Positions 1 through 14,429 of a stretch of DNA of 64,000 bases are shown piece after piece. The notes beneath the pieces were generated by a model. That model did not search any database and was not told the origin of the DNA. It saw nothing but the letters and a program-made list of their open reading frames with translations. Made by a program: the position numbers and the translations under genes. The DNA comes from Chrysomallon squamiferum (Eukaryota; Animalia; Mollusca). The first letter of the stretch is position 1. The number at the start of each line of letters is the position of its first letter. The DNA lies in the NCBI GenBank assembly GCA_012295275.1, contig CM022671.1, positions 21,638,001 to 21,702,000 on the forward strand. The letters run 5' to 3'.

Positions 1-126
1 AATGAATTTTCCACAGTGCCAGTAATTTTCCACTAGAAAGCTGCTGGCATATGAATATGATATGTTATAAAAATATTACAATAATTCTAATATTTTTTAT
101 ATAATTATATTATATTAAATTATATT

Positions 127-159
<33 letters not shown>

Positions 160-517
160 TTAAGTTTGTTTATTCTTTTTATAATTTTTTTTTTTTTTTT
201 ATTTGTACTGTTTATAAAGCACTAAAAACCAAATTAAAAAAAAATGACATATTTAAACTTTTTCTTTATTTTGTATTTCCTCTGCAGAACATTGTGGGTT
301 TTTTTCTTATACAAGACCAGTAAAGCTTGATTAGTTTTCACATTGAAACAGATATCTTGTTTGCTTGAAAGGATGAAATAATCAGTCTTGTCTGTCATCT
401 TGTAACAGTGTCTCATGAAATTGTTCTGCCTCAGTGAGTAAAACACTAAATTGATGTTTCTTCACTTAAATATATTAGTTACAGAAACTGAATTTTTCAC
501 ATGTTTTAATTTTTTAA

Positions 518-549
<32 letters not shown>

Positions 550-3445
550 TTTATTATTATTATTATGATTATTGTTGTTGTTGTTGTTGTTGTTGTTATT
601 ATTTTGTATTGTTATTGTTATTATTGTTATTATCATCATCATCATCATCACCATTTTCATTGTTATTGTTATTTGATCAGCAAGAATTTAACTATATTTA
701 TAATAACAGATATAATGAAGTTTTGGTACAGCACGGCTCAATTATTGTTAAATTGTTCTAGTGTTTTAATGTCAATAAATCCTTTTTAAATTTCAAGATA
801 ATATATGCTTCAGTTTCCAACAACATTATAATGAAATTAATTTCTTTTGAAAATGGTGTGAAGCACAATAATGGCACTCAATCTTTTCAATTACTTCTTG
901 ATCTCTCCCACCTTTTATACCAGTACTTCCTTCAACCAGTCCTTCTTACCAAGTGTTAAAATCTGGTGACATCACAAACTTTAAAACAATTACATATACA
1001 AGCTGGATAGACAATGTCCCAGAAAAACAGTTTGACTGACAAACTGACTTAACTATACATTTATCTTTTCTTTTTCTTCTTCTTCTACAAAGATAATGGC
1101 ACAAGATTACAGAAATTATCATGGAATTCCCAAAGCTAATGATACCAATTTTGAATTTCCATTGAGAAAAAATTTACCTCCCTGTTTCATACTGGCATCA
1201 ACTGCTGATGATATCAATTTTAAAATATCCCTTCTCGTTTGAGTTTGTGTCATTAAAAGTTTGGCATCTAATTTTCCAAGTTTAATTCCATTAGGAAAAA
1301 AAAATATTCTGCCTACTAGTAATTTAGACTCAAAGGTTTGGCAAAATGACTATAAAGATATTTAATACTGTTGTACCAGAGTCTTCGCTAACCTGTTTCA
1401 TTGGTTAATAGGAAATTCAAGAGCATGTAATGTAGGAAATACCAGTTAATTTAAAAAAACATGGATAGTGTTAAATTTAGTTACAGGAAAGTAAAAAAAA
1501 TAATAATAATAAATATAATAACATTCTATATTTTGTATATAAATGTTTATATTGATTATATATTAAATTTTCTTGATATCTATGGTTATAGTTTGTAGAA
1601 AAGTAAAAAGTGTGTGTGTTTGTAAATGTGTTTGTGTTGTCTGTCTATATCTATGTATGTGTATCTGTGATATGTATCTATGTATGTTTGTATGTCTTTA
1701 TGTATATACACATATATGTATGTGTGTGAGTTTGTGTATGCATTTCCATGCATATATAACATCATGTATGTTTTTGTGTATGATACTCTAGCCTCACATT
1801 CACACACATGTATGCACATATTAACAGACAGACAGACACACACACACACACAGATAAACTTATGAACTGTAATCCACAAACAGACATGAATGGACTGAAT
1901 GCCTTGTTTACTCTCTGTCGAAATATCATCTGATTAGAAAGATTGTGGCCCGAAAAATGTTATTTCCAGTTCTGAATTGACCGACTTAATTACAATAAAT
2001 TAATATTTATGAGAAAACTATCACAGAAGAAGTGGCCAGCACTGCCATTCATTAGAAACGATGAAACTTCTTCGGCTTTCAACCGATGCACACAAATTAT
2101 GTATCTGCTCGCGAATCCATGTTTTGAAAAGCAAATGTAAATCAGTCATAACACCCCAAAAACATGTCTGTTAGTTGTGATATTAATCTGTGAAAATTGT
2201 TCATATGCAGTTATATTTATTTATTAGTTTATTAGTTAGTTAGTTACTTATTATTTATTTTTTATTATTTTTTTTTTATTTTGAACTTTTGTTATTTATT
2301 ATATTTTAGGTTATATTATTTGTTTATTTATTTAATTAATGCTGCTTAGACTATATATCTGCTTGCAAATCCATGTTTTTAAAAGCAAATCATACTCAGT
2401 CATAACAAAAAAATATATATATATATATATATATCTTTGAGAATTTTCCAAATACAATTTTATTTATTTATTTATTTATTTATTCATTAGTCAGTTAGTT
2501 AACTAGTTTGATTATTATTTAATTTTCTTTTAACATTATTATTCATTTATTTCATTTACTACCTGCTTAATTGTTCATTTATTTATTTTATTTACTGAAA
2601 TATTTAATAACTGAATCATTCTAAATGTCAAAAATTCTTATTTTAATTATTCTAATGATTTTTGAATGTTAGAAATATCATGAATGGTAAAATTACAGTT
2701 TTATCTTGTGATGGTTTATGTTTTTAACTTTGTCAGCAATATTTTATCATTATCATAATGTCTTTAAATTTATTTATCAAATTACAATTATATACTTCCA
2801 TACACACATAATACTTTAGTGTATTTATATAATTACATCATTCAGTTTATAAATTTAAAAATATTTATTTTTTTAGTTTGTCACATCTCTGTGCAAAGTT
2901 CTGTATATACAAAAATAAATACATACTTACATACACACACACACATACATACAGACACACATATACACAACCACATACATATTTACATTTACACATATAC
3001 TGCATTATTTAACAGTTTATTTTAGAAAACTAGTACATTTTTATTATGATCATGATAGTAATTAACAGTTACATTGAATGACGTTTAACATTTTCATACC
3101 AGAACATTTTCATACCAGTACACCTACATTGTACTAATGCACTGCAGCGTTTAATGTCTGTATTGAAGTCAATTATTGGTTTTACACTATCATTACTGTA
3201 ATGGTTTTAAAGTTAGCTGAATGACATTATAAATGTCCATACATATGCAGAGTGCACATTATTCGGCAGTCATTTAAAAGTTGTAAAGTTATTTCTGTGC
3301 AGAGAGAAACACAAACAATCAGCTGTTTGAAATTTACTTGCATCAACTGAATGCTGAAAGACATTTAGTAGACAATCATTTAGCAACTAATGCACAGACA
3401 TACAAGAATACAACTATTTATACACACCATTCAGAAGAAGTTGCT

Positions 3446-3965
3446 GTTTCAGAGAACAGATCTACTTATACACTGAAGTTACCACTTCACATACAGAATA
3501 GATCTAGATCCACACAGAAGTTACCATTGTACATGTTTTAGATCTAGGTAAACACATACGTTACCAGTTTACATACAGAATAGATCTAGATATGCACAGA
3601 AGTTGCCACTTTACATATAGAATAGATCTAGGTACACACAGAAGTTATCATTTTACATAAAGAATAGATCTAGTTATACAAGAAGTTATTAATTTACATG
3701 TAAAATAGATCTAGGTATACACACAAGTTATCATTTTACATATAGAATAGATCTAGTTATACAAGAAGTTATCATTTTACATATAGAAGGATCTAGGTAC
3801 ACACAGAAGTTATCATTTTACATATAGAGTAGATCTAGTTATACAAGAAGTTATAATTTTACATGTAAAATAGATCTAGGTACACACTGAAATTACCATT
3901 TTGCATACAGAATAGATCTACATACACACCGAAGTTGCCATTTTACATACAGAATAGGTCTAGAT
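3446..3965. repeat. Minisatellite, ~38-40 bp unit, ~13 copies
   Basis: Repeated AGAATAGATCTAGGTACACACAGAAGTTATCATTTTACATAT with variants; most units carry the palindrome TAGATCTA. Confidence 0.9.
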
Positions 3966-4357
3966 ATTTGTATTAAGATTATCCAGAACCCAACAAAACT
4001 AATTTTATTTATTGTTATTATCATTTTTATTGTTTTAACAATTCAAAATTATATTTGCCATTTTCTTATATGACAGAGTTTATTTGAATGAATAAGTGAA
4101 CATTTAGTAAAACCCCAGCACAAATAAATACCTGACTATTGAAGGTAAATATTTAGGTTTAAATAACTCACTGATTGCTTAGATGTGAATGTTAATAAGG
4201 TGACATAATACTAAATATCAAATATTCCTGTTGCCAACTGAATATATAAATTCAAAAACATTTACTTCCTAAAAATATTTTGCATTCTATCTTTATCTAT
4301 CTTTGTCTGTCAGATTCTTAGTTTTCTTTTTTCTCTTGTCTATTATGAATACACATT

Positions 4358-4460
<103 letters not shown>

Positions 4461-4828
4461 ATATCGATAGATAGATAGATAGAAATAAAATGAGATATAA
4501 ATCCGTTTTATCAGAGAAGAAAAACAAAATACTTCTTCAACCCATTTTTTCCATCTAATACTGCATGAGAAGGAAAGATTAAAAAAGAAAGAAAACAAGA
4601 ATCATTTCTTCATCTTTCATTTTATCTTTAAAAAAAAACCCACTCTCCTCAAGAAAATTTTATTTTTTATTTTTATTAAAATATAATTCAATACAATCCA
4701 TTCATTCTAAACATCCAGCTAACTCCATCACAATGAAAATGTGCTCAAGAAAATGTTTCTCCTGAACCCGATGAAAACAAACCAAAACTAACATTCACTT
4801 TAAATTAAGCAAATAAATAACAACTTAC

Positions 4829-5092
4829 CTATCTGAGCAACATCTGGAGACCCATGATAAATGTTTGAACACACAGGTAGGTGGTGGTATAACATACATC
4901 CTTACAAGACACGAAGACCACTGGTAAAGTCCCTTCCAGTACTTCTGGGTCAGCTTTGAACTGGTTGTGTGGAATATAGCATATGTGTCCACCGAGCTAT
5001 TGATGTCCCAGTCTGCCTGCCAGACCACAGCTGCCTCCACACAACGCTGTAAGCATCAACTACACACAAACAGCTCTTCACCAGTTATTGGC
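4829..5092 (-). other. Candidate 264-nt exon of an unidentified minus-strand transcript
   Basis: Island of balanced base composition in AT-rich DNA, bounded on the minus strand by cttttattttcctatcag| and a perfect AG|gtaagt donor. No recognised protein family. Confidence 0.5.
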
Positions 5093-5144
5093 CTGATAGG
5101 AAAATAAAAGTACAATACCGAACTTAAAGCATTTGGTACTGTGT

Positions 5145-5730
5145 TGGAATAAAGATTTGATAAAGTGTGTGTGATAAGATTGTGTGTATGTATTATTTTG
5201 TTATGGATTTATAAGAATAAAGATTTGATAAAGTGTGTGTGGTAAGATTGTATGTGTATTATTTTGTTATGGATTTATAAGAATAAAGATTTGATAAAGT
5301 GTGTGGTAAGATTGTATATGTATTATTTTGTTATGGATTATAAAAATAAAGATTTGGTAAAGTGTGTGTGATAAGATTGTATATGTATTATTTTGTTATG
5401 GATTATAAAAATAAAGATTTGATAAAGTGTGTGTGATAAGATTGTATATGTATTATTTTGTTATGGATTATAAGAAAACAGATTTGATAAAGTATTTGGT
5501 AAGCTTATATATATTATTTTGTTATGAATTAAAAGAATATGGGTTAGATACTATTTTGTTATGGTTTAAAAGAATGCAGATTTGATAAAGTTTTTGATAA
5601 GATTGTATATATTACACTAGTAACTGATTAAACGAATACAGATTAGATATTATTTTGTTACAGTTTTAAGAAAAAGATTTAATAAAGAGTGTGATAAGGT
5701 TATTTTACATTTATTTTGTTATGAATTGAA
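5145..5730. repeat. Minisatellite, ~65-70 bp unit, decaying to the right
   Basis: Repeated ATAAAGATTTGATAAAGTGTGTGTGATAAGATTGTATATGTATTATTTTGTTATGGATT; about five near-identical copies followed by degenerate ones. Confidence 0.9.
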
Positions 5731-6929
5731 GGACATAAAGAGGTGATAATAGACTAATGTGTTGTAACATATTTTCTCTGTTTCTAGTTTTAAAAATATT
5801 TATAACAATTTTAATTTCTTTTCTGATTAATAATGATAATTGTCATTGTTTTCTTTGACATTAAATAAAAGTGGAAGTGATTTTAATTCTCTGCTAGAAT
5901 AAAGATTTGATAGTAATCTAAAGTAACATGATTGTATATATCACAAAGAATGTCTAAGGAATATTTTGAATTTATTAAAAATATTAATAACAACTGTTAT
6001 TTGTTTTGACAATCAATAAATACAGAAAAATAAAGATTTTATAAGGATAATATGTTTTCTCTGTTACAAGTTTAAAGACCATTTATGAAATTAATAATAA
6101 TAATTATTGGTTTTCTTTTCTTTTGATATTGAATAACAGTGGAGGTAATAATCTAAAGTGTATTTAAAGATATCAAAAAAAACATGATTACTAATTTAAG
6201 AAGTATTTATGAAGTACATTAATTTTCTGAAAAAAATATTCTATTTAAAAAGCATCCATTTTACTTTATTACTTGTCAAAATTTTGTAGATTTTTTTTTT
6301 TTTTTTTTTTTGGTGATTTTTTTGGATTGATAGAATAAATATTTAATAAAACATTTTCGTCATTATTACTAACTCACAGAATATATTTTTTAAAATATAT
6401 TTGCATTTAATATTTTATTATTCCAAAGCGAAACATTTTTTTCTTTTTTTTTTAGCAATATTATTTACAACTTTACCAAAATATTTCAGAATGAAATTTA
6501 TTTCAGTTCTCACACTTCAGAGTGATTTAAACATGTTTTTTTTCCAACTGGTCATTGGTGAGATGAATATTACTGGAGATTCATTCATGAATGAAATAAA
6601 ACTTGCTGGTGAAAGAAATGTTGACCCTTTGTGACTCTCCATTTATCTGATCAATTTTGATTCTATTACAAGGTTTTTTTCCACACTGTCAAATGCAAAC
6701 TGTTATCCGCAAAGGCACAGAAATTATCAGTGGTTTACCTTCAAAACATAAAAATACTTCAAGTTGTCAAAATTTCATAAAACTGTGGTGTATTTATTAT
6801 TAATAATTTTGTGATAAGGTATAAAACTCAAACGTCATTAATGTCAGAAATTTATTAAAGTTTGATGTATTTATTGTTAATTTTTTATTTTATTTTTTAT
6901 TTTTTGCATCTGTGATTAAAAAAATAGAA

Positions 6930-7290
6930 AAAGACAGAAGTTATTATTGCCAAAATCTTATAAGGCATTTATATTTATGATTAATTTTTAAATATTCAGT
7001 TAGTTTAATTTTTTTTTGTGGTCTATATGATATAAAACAGTCAAAAGTTATTACTGACAAATTTGATAAGACATTTATATATTTATCTTTAATTTTTATA
7101 CATTCAGTATGTATTATATTCTTTATATAAAACAGTCAAAAGTTATTATTGCCAAAATCTTATAAGACATATATATTTATCATTAATTTTTAAACATTCA
7201 GTCAGCATAATTTGTTGTCTTTGTGATATAAAACAGTCAAATTTGATAAGACATTTATTTATATATTTACTATTGATTTTCAAACATTCA
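6930..7290. repeat. Degenerate tandem repeat, ~90-105 bp unit
   Basis: Recurring ATAAAACAGTCAAAAGTTATTATTGCCAAAATCTTATAAGACATTTATAT...ACATTCAG, about 4 copies. Confidence 0.7.
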
Positions 7291-8419
7291 AAATAAAATA
7301 TTTGTTTAATATTTTGTTTAATTTTTAAAAACAGTTTTTGGAGGTTTCTTTTGAGGATGTAGGATAGAAAAATTAATATTTTATTATTATTATTTCAACT
7401 TATTACTATTGTTGTTTCTCTTCTTCTTTTTCTTCATCATCATCATCATCATCATCATCAGCATCATTATTATTATTATTATTCAGTTTAACGTTACTTT
7501 ATTCTGGACAGTATTGCAGGATCCTTGGATTTAGTCAGCCACTGCTAATTGTACCTTAATAATAATAATTTTCTTTTCTGTCTTTTCATATTTAAAAAAT
7601 GCAAGTAAAAATTCTTTTCCATCAATATCTCAGCCATACTATATCATAGTTTGACCACTATTTCCCCACGAAATCATTTATTCTGAGCAGTAAAGCCTGG
7701 TTCCAGGATTTGAACCACAAGCTGTAACACATATGTTTTGACTATTACTCCAATAAAGATTGCTTGAGAATCACCACTCAGTTAACAACACTTGAATCTA
7801 GTTCTTAGAACCAATAAAACAGACAGTTTGACATTCACTGTACCAAGGCCAGAGAGAAAAATAATAATTGTTGGCCAGGATTTATTCATGCAGTAATATA
7901 CATGTATTGACCATAAGTATTTTGCCAGAGTAATGATGAGTCTGTCCATGATTTTAACTTAGTATCTACTCATGTTAGATCCTAGATCCAAACCTTGGAT
8001 AGACCTATGTGTGTTTGAGGCAACATAAACTTTGACCATTAATCCACCAAGATTCATGCTAGGAAGAAAAACACCCAGCTACCACCAAGCTTTTAATCTA
8101 CTATCTATTGGGTTTTATTTTTTTTCAGAAATAACTAAAGGTTTCACCACTGCTTTCTGATGTTTCATTCTAGAACAGTAATAATAATTGTTACCAAGAT
8201 TTACCATGCCTAGTAACTACATGCAGTGTGTTAACAGTAATACTTGGTTTGAACATAAAAGACCACCAGTAGGCAGAGAGGTGATATCTGGTATTGTCAT
8301 TTGAAGTCAGTGTAAGCTGCAGCAAGGATACCCACAGATTCCCATCAAATGGTGAAATAATGATATCTGGATTTGTGACTTTATCTTAATTCTGTTCAAC
8401 CATAGCTAATGGTTTGACC

Positions 8420-9110
8420 ATTATTTTACCATTCCAGTGGCCATTCCTTCATTACACTGCTACCCATTTCTTTATCATTGCTGGTTGCAGTGACTTCATC
8501 ATCTCTGGTTGCTGTTACTAGTTCAATATTGCTAGTTCAACTTTGCTGGTAGCCTTTTTTCATCATCAGTGGTGATCATTACTTCATCAGCATTGGTAGC
8601 TATTTATTCACTTGAAATTCCTTTGTCTTTATCGGTTGCTTTTGCATCATCATCATTGGATGCATATCTTCATCAGCACTGGTAGCCATTTCTTCACTAG
8701 TTACTTCATTATCACTGATTGTAATAACTTCATCATTATTGGTTGCAGTTACTTTATCATCATTGATTGCAAATCTTCCTCACCAGTGGTAGCCATTTCT
8801 TCACAATGGTTGGTTGCATTTCCTTTATCATCACTGGACTGGTGGTAATATCATCATCATCATAGGTTCATCATCATCAGTTGCTGTTACTTCATCATCA
8901 TCATCAGTTGTTGTTATTTCATCATCATCATCACTGGTTGTAATAACTTCATCATCATTGGTTGTAATTACTTCATCATTATCACTGGTTGTAATAAGTT
9001 CATCATCATTGGTTGCTGTTACTTCATCATCACTGGTTGCTGTTCTTTTGTCAACACTGGTTGCAGGTTATTTCACTTCATCATTGATTGCAATTACTTC
9101 ATCGTCCCTG
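8420..9110. repeat. Degenerate ~24-27 bp tandem repeat
   Basis: Recurring ACTTCATCATCACTGGTTGT/GC; explains the Ser/Val-rich pseudo-ORF 8814-9182. Confidence 0.8.
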
Positions 9111-9300
9111 ACAGCCGGTACATGTTGCTACAGTCAGTTCTTAACTAGCCACATCATGCATGTAGCAAAGATCAGTGTCTGAATGAAACGAGCTCTTCCT
9201 CATTGATTAATGAAGTTTGTTTGTTCACAGTAATTGGAATTGACTTATTCACCTGATTGACTGACTTCACTCAGAGAACTGCCACACCACTTAGACTTTC

Positions 9301-9900
9301 AACAATAGCTGAATGTACATAGACACACACAGTGATTTTGTGTCCAGTGACAGCTGAATGTACATAGACATACACAGTGATTTTGTGTCCAGTAACAGCT
9401 GAATGTACATAGACACACACAGTGATTTTGTGTCCAGTAACAGCTGAATGTACATAGACTCACACAGTGATTTTGTGTCCAGTACTATTCAGGTGTCCAA
9501 TGACAGCTGTTGTTCTTAGACAAACAGTCTGAGTTTGTGTCCAGTACTGTTTAGCAGTACAACAGTAGTTGAATATACATAGGCCCAACATAGATGAATA
9601 TACATAGATGTCCAAAATTAGCTGAATGTACATAGACACACATAGTGAATTTGTATCCAGTGCTATTTAATTGTCCAACAAAAACTGTCTGATTTTGTGT
9701 CAAGTAGTGTTTAGCTGTACAACAGATTTTATGTTCATTAATTTCTGATATCCAACAATATCTGAATGTACATAGATACACATATTTTAGATGTTATGTC
9801 CTATACTATTTAGCTGTTAAGCAATAGTTGAATGTTCACTGAAATATACAGTGATTTTTTTGTCCAATACTATTTAGCTGTACATAACCACACAGCATAA
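9301..9900. repeat. Minisatellite, ~45 bp unit
   Basis: Four near-perfect ACAGCTGAATGTACATAGACACACACAGTGATTTTGTGTCCAGTA copies (9301-9485), then degenerate copies. Confidence 0.88.
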
Positions 9901-10802
9901 TTTTGTGTCTGATGTTGGTGTAACAAATGTTGATGTGTGAACAACCATGTATGGAAAATCCTTCAAATAAATGATCCCTTAATAAAAAAAATGTCACATT
10001 ATCAGTAGAGTGTTTAACCAAATATTTAAAACCCCGTATAACCACACATTAAAATATGTTGAATTTACAATAATAATAATAATTACATAGATACACAGAT
10101 TAAAATATGTTGAATTTACAATAATAATAATAATTTATTAATTAAGAAAAGAAAAGAAAAATTTTAAATAAAAGAAAATGAAAAATCACTTACACTACTG
10201 TTTTTGGATCTGACATGGGATTTGAACCACCTGCTTGAATAACAGTGTTTAAAGAGTTATGAACAAGCAAGCTTTAATTCTGGATTGGTATGAATGGAAT
10301 CAGGAGTTGTTTTAAGATAAGACTGAAAGATTAACTGGCTCATTAAGCTAGAAAAATGTTAATAAATTTAATTTGTTATTTTTTTTTTTATCAAAAACAG
10401 GATACTTTACGAGTCTGTTTTGTTCAGTTCTGTTTTGCTTTCACAACAAAATTTGCCAATTAGTTAGTTGTTTTATTGGGTTCAGCAAAATTATGGTGAA
10501 ATTACAACAGTTTTATGATACATTTAAACACATACACACAAACACACCCACACATAGATTCAATAAAAACACACACACACACACTATCTATCTGACACTT
10601 ATACATTATCAGGTGGTATTCCTACAGAAAAGGTGTGTAATAAATAGCTGATATTACACAGATGACTGACAGATGAACACTGCTGCTGGTATGTGTAAAA
10701 TGTTCTTTTAATTGGTTTTTGTTTTGTTACAAAATACACAGCTTCACTTTTGTTTCATTTTTTTCATTTTCCGCCTGAGAAAATGTGTTAGTTGTTTTTT
10801 CA

Positions 10803-10836
<34 letters not shown>

Positions 10837-11059
10837 AGCCAAAAGAGATATAATATATTGTTACCCAAGTGAGTTTTAAAGTCTGCTGTATACAGTTTTA
10901 ATATCTGTAATATATTTTGGTCAGATTTTGTAAAATATGTTTTGGTAAAGGATATTTAACTCTGTTAAAAGAATTGTATTCTTCCTTTTGAACTCTGGAT
11001 ACTGTTATTATTTTATTAGATATGAGGAGAATTAATTAACTTCTTTTTAAATTTATTTA

Positions 11060-11065
11060 ATTATT

Positions 11066-11118
<53 letters not shown>

Positions 11119-11179
11119 TATTATGTTATTATTATTATTTTTTTTATTATTATTATTATTATTATTGCCATTATTATTA

Positions 11180-11241
<62 letters not shown>
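11060..11241. repeat. (ATT)n microsatellite
   Basis: Long imperfect ATT run. The same class recurs at ~16309-16400, 36451-36509, 46843-46897, 48616-48665, 50363-50424 and 59260-59397. Confidence 0.95.
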
Positions 11242-11635
11242 TAGTGTTGTTTTTAAGTGTTGGTATTTTATTTTATTTGGGTTCTTGGGGAGTTAGAAAT
11301 TTTAATGGTAAATATTTTAGTAACTATATTTTCATTAGATTATTGCTCACCAAATCAGTTCATTGTGATATTCTTACACTCCAGTTCAAAATCATTTAAA
11401 ATTTAATCAAAGAATCATAATAAAGAAAACTTATACAATCAGCATATTAATTAATTTATTTATTTACTTGTTTATTTATTCTTATTTATTTTCTTCCTTT
11501 CCTATTTATTCTATTTTTAATTATTTAATTTGTTTTTTGTTATCTTAAACAGTATATTAATATATATATATATATAAATAAATAAATAAATAAATTTATT
11601 ATTGTCTAGAACAAAAGCACTGTTTTGGGTGTTGG

Positions 11636-11671
<36 letters not shown>

Positions 11672-13099
11672 TTCACAGACAAATTTAACTAATTGTGAAA
11701 ATGCAGCAAATATTTTAAAATAAACATATTTCCTCTGCTTCTGTCATAAGCAGTGTCTGTGCTAAAAGTTGAAGTATTGTAAAGCATGCCATTGTAATAC
11801 AATTTGTCTCTAGTTGACTTATTACCTGCAAAAACATACACTCAGTTTTTGTAAACACAAATTTAAAATACCAGCCGTTAAGAAGTCATGTATTCTGTAT
11901 AGGTGTCCAAAAAAAAAAAAAAAAAAAAAAATCTAAAGTCACGTGTTCTCTGTAAGTGTCTAAAAAAAAAAAAAAAATCTATTCTACACGTGTTTATTTT
12001 GGCGCCTTGAATGAATCTTCAGTTTGCAGTAGTCTGTGCATCTGATTGTAACAGAAATTATTCAAATGTCTGCTGTGAATGATGTTTTTAACTTGGCTGG
12101 TAAGATGAAAACAGACATTTTGAAAATACCTGCAGAAGGTAGACAGATATTTGGTAACTGGCAAAAAAAAAAAAAATCTTGTCCTGCTAATAATGGAAAT
12201 ATTTACAAACCTTTAAAATGTTAGTACATTTTTAAAATAAAAGATTATTGCCACAGAAAATTAAAAATGATTGGGTTTAATTAATAAGTTAAAGGTGATT
12301 TTAGTAGAAATTAAAAAAAAAAATTAGTTAATTATGATTAGTATTATTTTTTGTTTAGGAATAAGAGGTTACTAATGTTGTTTTCTAAAAACCCATCGTT
12401 TTATTCTTGTCATAAAATACATGTGAAAGATTCCATGAATAGATATCTGATGCAAATTGCTTTTGAAATAAATTTTATTATTATTATTATTAATATTATT
12501 ATTTTGTTTTGGTTCTTTTTTTGTTGTAAATAATGAAATGTATAAAAGAAAATACAGAATTCTTAATATTTTATTTTCGTTTTATAATTTTCATTATTTT
12601 CATATTCCTATTTATTTGACCATAAAGTATAGATCCATTATTTTTCTGGATTAATTTAAGAATTTTAAAATGAAAAACTCAGCATTAAACATTATAAAGA
12701 CCCACACAGAAACCAGAAATACACACATACACACATTCATACACATACATACACACACTTACATACACATAAACAAATACAAACATAAAATCAAACACTG
12801 TCAACATGAAATGCAAACAATCAGTAACAGTTGTTAAGAATGTTTTCACCTGTTTACTCTTCTTGATACAAATTTTATATATTAGATGTAAAAAGCCAGG
12901 ACGTTTTGTTACCATTAACTGTTCATTCTGAGTGTTTTACTACCACAGCACAAGGAAAAGAAGAAATTCATTTACTATCAGGTTTTAATCTGTTAAAAAT
13001 CATGAAGCCAACCATAGAAGCTAATGAAATATCCCACACAATCTAATCAGTCTATCATCAAGTGCACTATATCACCACACTGAGATAACAAGACTGTTG

Positions 13100-13290
13100 T
13101 ATATATATTTGTGTATCCCAACAGACTGATGGATATATTTCTTACTGTATATCTTTATATATCCCAACAGAATGTTAAATATATTTCTTCTTGTATACCT
13201 TTCTGTATCCCATCAGAATATTGAATATATGTCTTATTGCATGCCTTTCCGTATCCCAACAGAATGTTGAGTGTATATCTTACTGTATAT
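13100..13290. repeat. Degenerate ~45 bp tandem repeat
   Basis: Recurring TATCCCAACAGAATGTT..ATATATTTCTTACTGTATAT, about 4 copies. Confidence 0.7.
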
Positions 13291-13654
13291 CATCAGCACC
13301 ATTCTACCTCTCCGTCTGCTGGCTGTCAGTACTGGTTTTCTTCCACTGGTTCTCAGGTTATCACTGGAATGAAGATTGCTTACTGCACGAGATCCTTTAA
13401 TTGGGATGGTGACACATAAGAGTGGATGGTGGAGAAAAAGATACTGCATTCTGGTGGGTATTGAGATCTTTTAATATCAGGGGCAATGAAGAAAAAAAAA
13501 AAAAATAGATTTGGCTGTCCTGTCTTGTTGAACATATTTCATGCTGAGTTGGGTTTCCACACACTTCAGTTTGATATTGGCATTTAGATTGGAATAATGT
13601 GACTGCGAAACAAGATCATCTTGTTGAAGAGTTCCAGTAATAATGGCAGTCCTC
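13284..13654 (-). other. Candidate 371-nt, probably non-coding exon of a minus-strand transcript
   Basis: Complex, GC-richer island bounded by acctacag| and ACA|gtaaga on the minus strand, with degenerate tandem repeats abutting both ends. No single ORF spans it. Confidence 0.3.
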
Positions 13655-14396
13655 CTGTAGGTGTATTTATTTAGAGAGAGCAGCATTTCACCAATAAATA
13701 TATGCAATTCAAGAGAGTGGCAGTCCTCCTATAATATGTACATATTTGAAAAGAGTGGCATTTCTGCTAAATATGTACATGTTTGAAAAGTTAGTGGCAT
13801 AGTTTGAAGAGAGAGAGTGATAGTTCAATACACATGTGTTTCAAAAAAGAGTCTTTCTTTGTATGTATTTGTATGATCAGAAAGTGGTTGTCTTTCTATA
13901 CCTCTGTGTGTCTGTATGCATGTGTGCGAGTGTGTGAGAGAGTTAAGAAAAAGGGAATGTGATGAATGAAACTGTATGTTAACTGTATGGGTTTCTTTAA
14001 AAATTTATTTTAAATTTATTTATTTGTTTTGTACAGTTATAGAGAAAGAGAGAGAGAGAAAGGGGAAGGAGAGGGGGGAGAGAGGAAAGAGAAAGAGACA
14101 GACCGATAGATAGACAGACAAAGATAAAAACATATATGGGGAAAATAATTAACTGTTTTATCCTTCACATCAAATGTCTGATACAGTATTTCATTATTTA
14201 AAAAACATATTTATTGCTTGCTTTTTTGCTTCTGCTGCAGGTGCTCATCGGATGTTGGGATTTTTCTTCTTCTCATTTGTTCAATAAAATGTTGTAGATT
14301 TGCCAATTCCAGATCTTTGGTCTCTACTAATGTCATTCACAAATAGTTTAGATTGTTTTGTGGAGATGGGTTTTGTTTGTTTTTTTTAGATTTAAA

Positions 14397-14429
<33 letters not shown>

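Noticed and set aside
2020-2075. Three-way junction with GAAAC suggesting a hammerhead ribozyme
   Set aside because: The required CUGANGA core is absent. The other CTGATGA sites checked lacked a correctly placed stem II and GAAA.
234-3025. Short ORFs with poly-F/I/Y/H/VC runs (same for 16200, 18289, 31556, 33869, 35184-35531, 58467-59517, 61204)
   Set aside because: Produced by (ATT)n, (CA)n, (TA)n, (CT)n and poly-T tracts.
3446-3965. Palindrome-containing ~39-bp repeats (and the 45-bp array at 9301) as a CRISPR-like array
   Set aside because: Units are head-to-tail with no unique spacers, there are no cas genes, and the context is a eukaryotic intron. Ordinary minisatellites.
8612-9182. 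Ser/Val/Ile-rich ORFs resembling a membrane or repeat protein
   Set aside because: They are translations of a degenerate 24-27-bp repeat, with no convincing splice sites or family motif.
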